A DNA stretch of 64,000 bases from an uncultured bacterium (lineage in GTDB: Bacteria > Electryoneota > AABM5-125-24 > Hatepunaeales > Hatepunaeaceae), in the NCBI GenBank assembly GCA_964387885.1, contig CAYLYZ010000012.1:6576-70575 (forward strand), given 5' to 3'. This document shows, one piece after another, positions 29,648 through 38,841 of the stretch; the first letter of the stretch is position 1; the number at the start of each line of letters is the position of its first letter. The position numbers and the translations under genes are program-made. Under the pieces are notes generated by a model. The model did not search any database and was not told the DNA's origin. It saw only the letters and a program-made list of their open reading frames with translations.

Positions 29648-32098
29648 ATGAAATTTCTATTAATCCTCTCGATTCTCTTTTTGTATGTAGGTAACTCTTT
29701 TTGTGCTATCATCAATGTACCTGATGATGTTGAAACAATTCAGGCGGGGCTGGATCGTGCAGGGGAAGGTGATACGGTAATTGTCGCAAGGGGCTCCTGG
29801 TTCGAGAATCTAACTATCCGTCGAGACTTAGTGTTAGCCGGGAATTTCATTCTATCAAACCAGAAATCTATAATCCGTGACACTGAAATCATCGGTGGAC
29901 TCAACTTTGTTGAAGAACTAACCAACGACACCGAGATTGTTGGGCTCCATTTTACAGGTGGGGATCGTGACCGAGGCGGTGCGATGGAAATTTCGAATTC
30001 ATATCCAAGAATCTCACATTGTTTGTTCACGAACAATACTGCTCCAAGAGGAGGTGCCGTCTACTGCGGATCACACTCCAATGATACACTACAAACTGTC
30101 CAATTTTTCGACTGTCACTTCGAAGGGAATATCGGTTCCTGGGGTGGTTGCATTGGTATTAACGGAAGTAATGTCGACATCGAAAGTTGTACATTTGTCA
30201 ATAATACCGGTTCTTGGGGTGGAGCTATTCACGTAGGGAGTAATCGCGGTCACAGACTCAACGTCATCAATTGTTCTTTCGAGCGGCACGTTGCCGGATG
30301 GGGTAATTCAGCGAGGATCAATGAAGGGAGAAGTTTTTTTATTAACTGTATTTTTGCACAAGAAACTGGAGACGAAGCACTCATGGTCGGCAGTCGCGGA
30401 GATCACTTCATTGACCGTTGCACTTTCACAGAGATAACCGGAACGCCGATTTTTTTCAGTGGACATCAAGGTGGAACAGGAATTATCAGACGATGCTATA
30501 TCCATGACAACACCGGTTTAGTATTATTTCTCGATTATTGTGACAGCTTGCAGCTTGAAGACTGCGATATAAGTTCTAATTGGAACGATGGGGGAGGGAT
30601 TATTAGAATCCATGTCGGAGTTCCAGTACTAACAAATTGCAGAATATACAATAACGTAAATGCAAGACGACACTCTCTTCACGGTATCTTGAGCCTTGAA
30701 TGGCATGATCACGGCGCGATTATAGATGGATGTTTGTTTTTCGGAAATGAAGCAGCGGAGGGAGGAATTATTGATGTAGAAGATCGCGCCAATGTTGTGA
30801 TTAACAAAACGACTATTGCCAACAATGTCTGCGAGAACTCGATTATTCTAACCGGAAGCAGCCATCTCGACATTTCAAATTCCATCCTTAATGCGGTTGA
30901 TAATCAGAATGATTTATCAATTGCCTCTGATACTGTTCATGTCTCCTATTCCAGGATAGAAGCGGAAAGGATCAATGTCAGGGGCAATGCGGGGTTTGTT
31001 AATCTGGACGATGGGATATTCGAAGATAATCCGGGATTTGTTGACCCGGAAAACTCTGATTTCCACTTGACGTCAGAAAGTCCCTGCATTGATAACGGTG
31101 ATCCGGAATCTCCTTTCGATCCTGATTGGAGCAGAGTTGATGTTGGAGCTTTTTATTGCGATGAAGAAGCCAATATTGAAGTCGCCCCAAAAATATTGAC
31201 ATTCATCGATATTGAAGCGACCACGATTGACAGTCAACAGGTCTTAATCAGCAACTATGGTATGGAAACGCTGCATATCGAGGAATTTGAGATTGATGGA
31301 AGTGAGTGCTTCACGTTACAGCCTGATCAAGAGGTGTTTGATCTGGAACCGTTTGCTTCGGAAGCAATTTGGGTACGCTATAATCCTGACTTTCGGGGCG
31401 AGTTCCGCGCAGAGCTGATAATCCACTCAGACGAACGAGACCAGCCGGATTTCAATCTTCTTTTGATGGGCAACAGTCGGATAACACCGGTGTTGACTAT
31501 TGCGCCTGAAGACTCCTTAGAATTTGTTGATATACTTATTGGTGTCGAAGATAGTATTGAAGTTGTGTTTTCTAATCCCGGTCTTGAGTCAATAAAGATT
31601 CAAGATGTCTGGATTCGGCCCAATCGCTCTCCTTTTACTTTAAGTGGCCCAGAGCCTCCATTTAAAGTATATCCCGATTCTATTGTGATATGCCGGGTAT
31701 ACTTCAGTTCGAGGAGATTTGATGAATTTGTGGCCTTTCTTGTCATTGACTATAATGATAATCCCACCGAGCGGATCACAATTCCAATTCACGCAAACAC
31801 TTCCAATTCAGTTGATGAAACGGGCGACCTTCCGCTCAAATTCTCGCTTGAGGAGGTTTACCCCCAACCGCTTAATGGTATTGGTAGTATAAACTTCACA
31901 CTTCCCATTATCTCGGACATAAGCTTGAAGTTATATGATAATCGAGGTAGACATATCAAGACATTGGAAGAGGGTACATTTGAGCATGGTGAACACTCCG
32001 TACTGTTTAATGCCACAATTTTCCCGGCCGGAGTTTATTTTGCACGATTGGAAGAGACTGGAAAAACATGCAGTAGAAAGATAGTTATCGTTAAATAA
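29648..32098 (+). CDS. secreted right-handed parallel beta-helix (pectin-lyase-fold) protein with T9SS CTD
   Basis: Signal peptide present. Repeated beta-helix coils such as NNTAPRGGAVYCG, NIGSWGGCIGINGSN and NNTGSWGGAIHVGSN. The C-terminal ~80 aa is CTD-like and ends ...RKIVIVK. Confidence 0.7.
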   Translation: MKFLLILSILFLYVGNSFCAIINVPDDVETIQAGLDRAGEGDTVIVARGSWFENLTIRRDLVLAGNFILSNQKSIIRDTEIIGGLNFVEELTNDTEIVGLHFTGGDRDRGGAMEISNSYPRISHCLFTNNTAPRGGAVYCGSHSNDTLQTVQFFDCHFEGNIGSWGGCIGINGSNVDIESCTFVNNTGSWGGAIHVGSNRGHRLNVINCSFERHVAGWGNSARINEGRSFFINCIFAQETGDEALMVGSRGDHFIDRCTFTEITGTPIFFSGHQGGTGIIRRCYIHDNTGLVLFLDYCDSLQLEDCDISSNWNDGGGIIRIHVGVPVLTNCRIYNNVNARRHSLHGILSLEWHDHGAIIDGCLFFGNEAAEGGIIDVEDRANVVINKTTIANNVCENSIILTGSSHLDISNSILNAVDNQNDLSIASDTVHVSYSRIEAERINVRGNAGFVNLDDGIFEDNPGFVDPENSDFHLTSESPCIDNGDPESPFDPDWSRVDVGAFYCDEEANIEVAPKILTFIDIEATTIDSQQVLISNYGMETLHIEEFEIDGSECFTLQPDQEVFDLEPFASEAIWVRYNPDFRGEFRAELIIHSDERDQPDFNLLLMGNSRITPVLTIAPEDSLEFVDILIGVEDSIEVVFSNPGLESIKIQDVWIRPNRSPFTLSGPEPPFKVYPDSIVICRVYFSSRRFDEFVAFLVIDYNDNPTERITIPIHANTSNSVDETGDLPLKFSLEEVYPQPLNGIGSINFTLPIISDISLKLYDNRGRHIKTLEEGTFEHGEHSVLFNATIFPAGVYFARLEETGKTCSRKIVIVK

Positions 32099-32207
32099 GA
32101 GATTTCGAAGAAAGAAGTCTTTGAATTCTGGGTGAAGAAGCATTAGGACATCCCCTTGATGCGGTCGCTCCCGGGCTACGCATTATAACTGCAACTCTTG
32201 CATCGAA

Positions 32208-32311
32208 TCGTACGGGCACGTTGCTACGTGCCATTTTCCCCAGCAAAACTCACCCCAACGTAAAAACCTTATACACTAACTCTCCCGTACGGGCAATTCA
32301 CGAATTGCCCC
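32208..32311. repeat. REP family 4, upstream pair: CGTACGGGCACGTTGCTACGTGCC and CCGTACGGGCAATTCACGAATTGCCCC
   Basis: Two hairpins sharing a CGTACGGGC prefix. Their inverted partners lie at 34926-35015. Confidence 0.75.
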
Positions 32312-32394
32312 ACAACTCAAGCACCTAATCTTTACAATCCCCCAATTCTTTGTTACATTTCCATTATTATAATATGTTGACAATAGGAGGAAAT

Positions 32395-34899
32395 ATGTCT
32401 GATCCTGTTACAGTCGGTTCAGTTATTGGAAAGATTCTTGTAGGAGTAGGTTCGAAATTATTACCAGATGTTCTCAAGGAAACATGGGAGAAAGCTCTTT
32501 CCAAATGGGAAGAAAAGGATTATCAAAAAGCGGCAGATAGATATGCCAAACATCTCCTCGAACTTCATGGCTACATTCACGTCATTGCGTTAAATAAAAG
32601 AATGAGGCTTTCGAGTGCTTATACCGATGTCAATGTACTATCCAGAATCACTACTGATTATCCTGCACCTAAAGAATTCGCTGAAGCAGTTTACCTGGAT
32701 AAAGCCAAATTCGGAGATATTACAGAGGGAGGTGAACGAAAGGATGGCTTGGATTTAATCCGTAAGTATAATAAACACTTCATACTTGGCAAACCAGGCG
32801 CAGGTAAAACTACTTTTCTTAGATATCTATTACAGGAAGCTATACATGGCAGGTTATTTCAAGATGAAGGCAAACAGGTAATTCCGATTTACGTCGAATT
32901 AAATAAGTTCTCGGAATCAGATTTATCTTTGATTGATTATATGGCAGAGCAATTTGATATTTGTCAGTTTCCTAATGCAAAGCCCTTTATTGAAGTCATC
33001 CTCTCCGAAAATAAGGCATTTATTTTGTTTGATGGTCTCGATGAAGTTGGGGAGCAGAATAGACACGATGTAATCACGCAAATATCCAAGCTCAGCGATA
33101 AATACACGGATTGTCATTTCGTGGTTACTTGCCGAATCGCTGCTACGGATTATGCCTTTCAGCGACACGGTTATACATACATCGAGATGGCAGATTTCAG
33201 CGGTATGCAAATTACAAAGTTCGTGAAAAACTGGTTTCGAACCTCGGGTGAAGAAATAAAATCAAACGAATTCCTCAACGAGTTTAACAAATCCGAAAAT
33301 AAGAGACTTCGCGAATTGGCAAAAACACCGCTTTTACTCGCAATGATGTGCCTCCTTTACGATGTACACCAAGCTTTTCCCGAGCGGCATGTTGAGGTAT
33401 ATGATCAGGCAATAGATGCTCTTCTTTACAAGTGGTGGGGAGAGAGGGGTATCAAACACGAAGAAATCTACCGAAACCTCGATCTGGGTCGTAAAAAACA
33501 AATGTTCGCCAAAATTGCAGCAAAGAATTTTGAAAAGGATCGGTTTCTTTTTCCTCAAGATCACCTTCAAACTGAAATTGTAGAATACCTTAGAAAAATA
33601 CCACCAGAAAATACTTACGAGAGTATTGACGGACAGACTGTTCTGAAGGCAATCGAGATGCAGCACGGGATTTACATTGAACGCGCAAATGGATTTTATT
33701 CTTATAACCATCTTTCGTTTCAAGAGTATTTTACAGCTTTTTATATTCACGAGCATGCTCTTCAAGGTTCACTAGAAGAACTTATAAAACACCACTGGCA
33801 GGAGGATCGTTGGAGGGAGGTATTTCTCAGGACAACCGAGAAGATGGCGAACGCAGACAAGTTTTTTGAGATTTTCCAGAATACATTGGATGAATATGTC
33901 ACTAATAATGAAAGAATTCAAAGATTTATAATTTTCACTAATAGTTTTAATCAACTCAATTTCCCGTCTCCTCCTCTGTTACATAAAAGCCTGCTTAACT
34001 CAATTATTGTTATTCTATCAACTTCATATGCCTATAATCTTGTCGAAGCCATTAAGTTCTTTTTCTTTCAAAGACGCCTTTTTAATCGCGAAATGAATGA
34101 ATACAAAGATGAATGTATAAGTAACTTAGAACGAACTCTCAGTTTCGATACGGACATCAACTATACTATCAAACACATACAAGAAATCGCCAGTACTTTC
34201 AGTGTTGATTTCTCCAACGATTTCAATTCCAATTACATCAATACCCAAAACAGGGATACCGACCATACCAAGATCATAGAATGTTACCTTAAATTAGGTG
34301 AAAGCATCACCCTAGTTCAGGCTCTCGACCAAGCCATCGCCTTTAAATATGATCAAGACCTTGGTTTAACATGGACATATCCTCTTGACCAAGCCCTAAA
34401 CCTAGACTTTACTCTAATCCGTACCCTTGCCCTCGTCCACACATTTATCAACACACTTTCTGAAGGTTTCGATCTAAACCTTTGTCAGCAAATATCTGTA
34501 TACATTAACCAGGTCAATCGAGTTGCGAAAGATAATGGATATAGCGAAATTCACAAAGAATTGGACGGTTTGATCAGAGATATCCCATCAGAAGAATATT
34601 TACCTCAACCAGTGTGGAGAGATGATGATGGATGGGATGACGGATACGGGGGCAGCTTAACATTAAAAAGAGATTTGAGCAAAAAATGGAAGAAGTTTGC
34701 TGATTTGTTAGAAAGCGTTTTCAGGAATCATCGACCGGTACATGAATATGAGTTCAAAAAAGGAGAAGCTGCATCTCTTGGAACATACCTGAAAGGAGTA
34801 AAACTCTTCCTCGACTGCCTCGAGGTCGCCTACGTCGAAGACCGCGAAGGAATTAAAAATCGGTTGTTCAGGGTGCCGGAGGAGGGAAAGCAGGTGTAG
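32395..34899 (+). CDS. NACHT-domain STAND NTPase (NLR-like; candidate antiphage bNACHT/Avs-type protein)
   Basis: GGAGG RBS. Walker A GKPGAGKTTFL and Walker B ILFDGLDEV. Downstream HFVVTCR sensor-1-like segment. A ~470-aa helical C-terminal region. Glycine-zipper N-terminus GSVIGKILVGVGS. Confidence 0.8.
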   Translation: MSDPVTVGSVIGKILVGVGSKLLPDVLKETWEKALSKWEEKDYQKAADRYAKHLLELHGYIHVIALNKRMRLSSAYTDVNVLSRITTDYPAPKEFAEAVYLDKAKFGDITEGGERKDGLDLIRKYNKHFILGKPGAGKTTFLRYLLQEAIHGRLFQDEGKQVIPIYVELNKFSESDLSLIDYMAEQFDICQFPNAKPFIEVILSENKAFILFDGLDEVGEQNRHDVITQISKLSDKYTDCHFVVTCRIAATDYAFQRHGYTYIEMADFSGMQITKFVKNWFRTSGEEIKSNEFLNEFNKSENKRLRELAKTPLLLAMMCLLYDVHQAFPERHVEVYDQAIDALLYKWWGERGIKHEEIYRNLDLGRKKQMFAKIAAKNFEKDRFLFPQDHLQTEIVEYLRKIPPENTYESIDGQTVLKAIEMQHGIYIERANGFYSYNHLSFQEYFTAFYIHEHALQGSLEELIKHHWQEDRWREVFLRTTEKMANADKFFEIFQNTLDEYVTNNERIQRFIIFTNSFNQLNFPSPPLLHKSLLNSIIVILSTSYAYNLVEAIKFFFFQRRLFNREMNEYKDECISNLERTLSFDTDINYTIKHIQEIASTFSVDFSNDFNSNYINTQNRDTDHTKIIECYLKLGESITLVQALDQAIAFKYDQDLGLTWTYPLDQALNLDFTLIRTLALVHTFINTLSEGFDLNLCQQISVYINQVNRVAKDNGYSEIHKELDGLIRDIPSEEYLPQPVWRDDDGWDDGYGGSLTLKRDLSKKWKKFADLLESVFRNHRPVHEYEFKKGEAASLGTYLKGVKLFLDCLEVAYVEDREGIKNRLFRVPEEGKQV

Positions 34900-34925
34900 G
34901 TTGGAAGTTTCGGATACTTGCAAAA

Positions 34926-35015
34926 GGGGCGATTCGTGAATCGCCCATACGGTTAGAGAGATCACCACCCCCCCCAAAAAAAAAAGCAAGGGCACGTGGC
35001 GACGTGCCCCTACGG
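34926..35015. repeat. REP family 4, downstream pair in inverted order (GGGGCGATTCGTGAATCGCCCATACGG ; GGGCACGTGGCGACGTGCCCCTACGG)
   Basis: Reverse complements of the upstream pair. Likely also serves as a bidirectional terminator between the NACHT and tricorn genes. Confidence 0.75.
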
Positions 35016-35039
35016 TTATATCGATATATTACAACACCT

Positions 35040-38000
35040 TTACGGCAACTTCAAACTCGGCCTGCCCTTCTTCAAATCAGGAACCTTAAACGGATTCTTC
35101 TTAATCTCCGCCAGAACTTCCTTAATTCCCCGATCCATCTGCGGGTCTTTACCGGCAGCGTAGTCCTGCGGTTTGATTTCGACTTCGATATCAGGATCAG
35201 TGCCGTAGTTTTCTACACCGTAGCCGACGTCAAAGAACCAGTTTGAGAACTCGGGTTGGGTGGTTATTGTGCCATCGACGAGAGAGTTGCGTGGCCAGAT
35301 GCCTATTACACCGCCCCACGTTCTGGTGCCGATTAACTTGCCGAGCTTCAGCATTTTGAAGCCGTGCGAGAAGATGTCGCCGTCTGATCCGGCTGCTTCG
35401 TTGGTCAGGGCTACCATCGGTCCGCGGGGAGATTCGTTTGGTTTGGGGGATTGTCCAAACCATCTTGTTTTTGAATAACCGAAACGTTTCCGGGCGAGTT
35501 TTTCGAGCAATAATGGGGAAACGTGTCCACCTCCATTTTGGCGAACATCGATTATCAAGCCTTCATAATCAAACTCCGCGAGGAAATACCTGTGGAATTC
35601 TGAGTATCCGACCGGTCCCATGTTCGGGATATGTACGTACCCAACCTTGCCTTTGGTTTTCTTGTGGACATATTCACGGTTTGCCTCAACCCAATCACGG
35701 TACCAATGTGAGGTTTCAGCAGCAACAGGCTTTACAACAACTTCTCGAGGTTTCTTGTCACCTTTACTCTTCACTTCCAGTCGGACTTCTTCTCCAACGA
35801 GATTCAACAAAGCTCTGTGAGGATGATTATCCCAGGTCAGTTTTTCACCATTAATACTTATTAAAAGAGTTCCCGGTGAAACATTCACGCCCGGCTGTCT
35901 CAGTGGAGGAGGTGATGCACTCACCCATGTATCACCATTAGCAACTCGTGTAATCTTCCAGGACTTCTTTCGTTTATCATACTCAAAATCAGCACCGAGG
36001 AAACCGATCCTGTAATTGGGGTGGGATCGATAGTCACCACCAAGTTCATAAGCATGCGAAGTTCCGAGCTCTCCCTGCATCTCCCATAATAAATCGGAAA
36101 ATTCTGCACGAGCTCCGACTCTTTCGATAAGAGGCAAGTAGCGATTATACACTCTTTTCCAATCGATCTCCGACATGTTCTCAGCCCAGAAATAATCACG
36201 CTGCAACCGCCATGCTTCAGCGTACATCTGCCGCCATTCTGCAACCGGGTCGATGGCTACTTTTAACCGAGAAAGATTTATCCAACCGCTTTTGCGGTTC
36301 GTTTTCGGATCGGCGGGAAGTTTCACTGTTGTCTCACGAGTAGCATCAACAACCCGTAATTTGTATCCCTTCTGATATACTAATGCTGCTTCATTTGAAG
36401 AGATGCTGAAGTTGGTGATTCCGGATTCAAAAACACTCTCTTCGTTTTTATTCAAATCATATACCTTCAACACTGCTTTTGCAGGTGGTGTATTGTCAAA
36501 AATATCCCTGCCAAGTGTTCCCTCAACCTGATATGCTGTGTAGAAAACTCGCTCTTTTGTCGCTTCGATCGTCCCATATAAACCTTCCGCAACCGGGAAT
36601 GGAATCACTCGATCTTTAATCCCGTCAAAATCTATTTCAACTACGACCTCTTCATCACCGTTTGATCCTTCTTTTTTATCATCACCATTCTGATTCATCC
36701 CAAAACCTTTTGGCTCTGGTATAAAAGGAGACTTCTGGTCTTTCTTAAGAGTAATCAGGTACGGCTTATCACCTCGCGGGAAGTTGTAATCAAAGTGCAT
36801 ATTATCAAAGACAGGGTTAAATATGCGTGTCGATCTAAAATAGATGAATCGACCCAGGGGATCAAAGACCGGGAATGCATCAAACAGCACCGGATCTGTC
36901 AGGTCTTCAACTTTTCCGCTCTTGAGGTTGTATATTCTGAGTATTACCTGCTGACTATTAATTGAAGTCCCATAAGCAATCCACTGCCCGTCAGGTGACC
37001 AGCTGTAACCCTGGATAGGCGCATATTTACTCTGGTCAATAACCTTAGTAGTTGACTTTTTCAAATCAACCACCAGAATTTCATGCCGATGATTCACTAC
37101 ACAGATGTGACTACCTTTAGGTGAGACTTCGAGCCAGGATGGACGACCGATATCTATTTTGTCATAGACCTTAGGTTTCTTCTCACCTTTTACATTGTGG
37201 ACTTCAAGGTGATCCTCACCATTTTCATCACTTACCAAAACAACTTCTTCGTCATTAGGCATCCATGTAATCAAACGGTACCGCACACCTTGCTTCGAGC
37301 CGTGTTGAGTTACCGGACCTTCCCAGTCTCCGAATGTGAATGCTTTGCCTCTTGATATTACACCGAGTGAACTGCCTTCTGAATTTATCGAGTAGTGTTC
37401 GAGGTATCTGGCTGTCGGAACGAATTTACGCTGTGCTTGAGCTCTTGGTGTGGAATACTCAATATCGATCTTTGAAGCTTCGTTCGTTCTCAGATCATAA
37501 TGATATAGATCGGCACCATGCTGGTAAACGATTGAATTCCCATCGGTAGAAGTGTTACGAGTGTAAAATTCTTTGTGCTGTGTAAGTTGTTTCAGGTCAG
37601 AACCGTTTGGTTTACTGGAGTAAAGATTCCCTATTCCATCATCGTCAGAGATAAAATAGATTCTATCTTCAATCCACATAGGTGAAGCAATGTTGCCTTT
37701 CAACATATCGAGCGACTTGAAATTTCCCTTTCCCGTCAAATCAACCCAGAGGCGACCATCTCTTCCACCCTTGTATCGCTTCCAGCGCGCTGAGTCACCC
37801 GTATTGCGTCCGATAAGTATTCCTTTTTCACCGAAAGCAACATGCATAGCAGGCCCAAAGGGAAGCTTCTTTATTTCATGTGTTTCCGGATTGATGGAGT
37901 AGAGCTCAAATATTCCAAGAAATGCCTGTCCTGCGACGCTCGCGAAAATAATGTTCTTTTTATCCCAACCCACTACGTGACACATGCTACCCATGTATGT

Positions 38001-38252
38001 CAGCCGTTCTGCCTCTCCACCTTCTGAGGGCATACGATAGATTTCGGGAGCTCCTTCATCGGTGCTGAGGAATGCTATCCACTTTCCATCCGGTGAAAAT
38101 TGAGGAAATCCGATGCCACCCACCTGGGATGTTATTCGAACTGCACGTCCACCTTGTACCGGCACCTCCCAGAGATCACTTTCTGAAACAAAAACCACTC
38201 TGTCGTAATGTACTGTGGGAGTTCTGTAGTAACCTTGCTGTCTATTAGCCAT
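35040..38252 (-). CDS. tricorn protease homolog (beta-propeller, PDZ, S41 peptidase)
   Basis: 1070 aa. The N-terminus MANRQQGYYRTPTVHYDRVVFVSESDLWEV is diagnostic of tricorn. The C-terminus has an S41-like region. Confidence 0.9.
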   Translation of the reverse strand: MANRQQGYYRTPTVHYDRVVFVSESDLWEVPVQGGRAVRITSQVGGIGFPQFSPDGKWIAFLSTDEGAPEIYRMPSEGGEAERLTYMGSMCHVVGWDKKNIIFASVAGQAFLGIFELYSINPETHEIKKLPFGPAMHVAFGEKGILIGRNTGDSARWKRYKGGRDGRLWVDLTGKGNFKSLDMLKGNIASPMWIEDRIYFISDDDGIGNLYSSKPNGSDLKQLTQHKEFYTRNTSTDGNSIVYQHGADLYHYDLRTNEASKIDIEYSTPRAQAQRKFVPTARYLEHYSINSEGSSLGVISRGKAFTFGDWEGPVTQHGSKQGVRYRLITWMPNDEEVVLVSDENGEDHLEVHNVKGEKKPKVYDKIDIGRPSWLEVSPKGSHICVVNHRHEILVVDLKKSTTKVIDQSKYAPIQGYSWSPDGQWIAYGTSINSQQVILRIYNLKSGKVEDLTDPVLFDAFPVFDPLGRFIYFRSTRIFNPVFDNMHFDYNFPRGDKPYLITLKKDQKSPFIPEPKGFGMNQNGDDKKEGSNGDEEVVVEIDFDGIKDRVIPFPVAEGLYGTIEATKERVFYTAYQVEGTLGRDIFDNTPPAKAVLKVYDLNKNEESVFESGITNFSISSNEAALVYQKGYKLRVVDATRETTVKLPADPKTNRKSGWINLSRLKVAIDPVAEWRQMYAEAWRLQRDYFWAENMSEIDWKRVYNRYLPLIERVGARAEFSDLLWEMQGELGTSHAYELGGDYRSHPNYRIGFLGADFEYDKRKKSWKITRVANGDTWVSASPPPLRQPGVNVSPGTLLISINGEKLTWDNHPHRALLNLVGEEVRLEVKSKGDKKPREVVVKPVAAETSHWYRDWVEANREYVHKKTKGKVGYVHIPNMGPVGYSEFHRYFLAEFDYEGLIIDVRQNGGGHVSPLLLEKLARKRFGYSKTRWFGQSPKPNESPRGPMVALTNEAAGSDGDIFSHGFKMLKLGKLIGTRTWGGVIGIWPRNSLVDGTITTQPEFSNWFFDVGYGVENYGTDPDIEVEIKPQDYAAGKDPQMDRGIKEVLAEIKKNPFKVPDLKKGRPSLKLP

Positions 38253-38290
38253 GACTTCGTTCCATTTAACTTTTCATACGGGTTGATTGA

Positions 38291-38626
38291 TCAGAAAGGC
38301 ATACCGGGTAATCCACCCATTCCGCCTGCAACCTGTCCCATCATTTCTTCCGATTTAGTTTTTGCCTGCTGCAATGCGCTGTTGATTGCAGCCATTACGA
38401 GATCCTCGAGTGTTTCAACATCTTCCGGATCAACTGCTTCAGGATCTATCTTCAAAGCGAGTAATTCATTGGCACCGTTGACCTTAGCGACAACCATGTC
38501 CCCACCTGCAGAACCTTCGATTTCAAGTTGAGCAATTTCATCCTGTACTTTAGCCATATTAGCCTGCATTTTCTGCGCCTGCTTCAACAGCTTATTCATA
38601 TTGCCCATGTTACCTTTCATCTTCAC
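38291..38626 (-). CDS. ybaB: nucleoid-associated protein YbaB/EbfC
   Basis: ~110 aa with the ...NMNKLLKQAQKMQ... motif. It lies downstream of dnaX, the conserved arrangement. Confidence 0.9.
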   Translation of the reverse strand: MKMKGNMGNMNKLLKQAQKMQANMAKVQDEIAQLEIEGSAGGDMVVAKVNGANELLALKIDPEAVDPEDVETLEDLVMAAINSALQQAKTKSEEMMGQVAGGMGGLPGMPF

Positions 38627-38685
38627 GATATATCCTCCGGTTTTAATTTCTTTAAATTACTTCTTCGCTAAAATCCGTTCAGTCA

Positions 38686-38755
38686 AGAGGAGGACGGACA
38701 TTCCCGTCCGTCAAATCCATCTTAAACTCGCGGACAGGAATGTCCGCGCTCCCCT
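38686..38755. repeat. REP family 1 inverted pair (GAGGAGGACGGACATTCCCGTCCGTC ... GCGGACAGGAATGTCCGCGCTCCCC)
   Basis: Same architecture as 3529-3606. Confidence 0.8.
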
Positions 38756-38841
38756 CAGTATTGGAAAATGCAATTTTCACTAACTAAATGCACTTAAGTA
38801 CCCGAGGTGTCGTACTAAGTTATACTGAAATAAATCAGTAT

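Noticed and set aside
35438-35854. 138-aa plus-strand ORF
   Set aside because: Antisense within the tricorn protease gene. No independent support.
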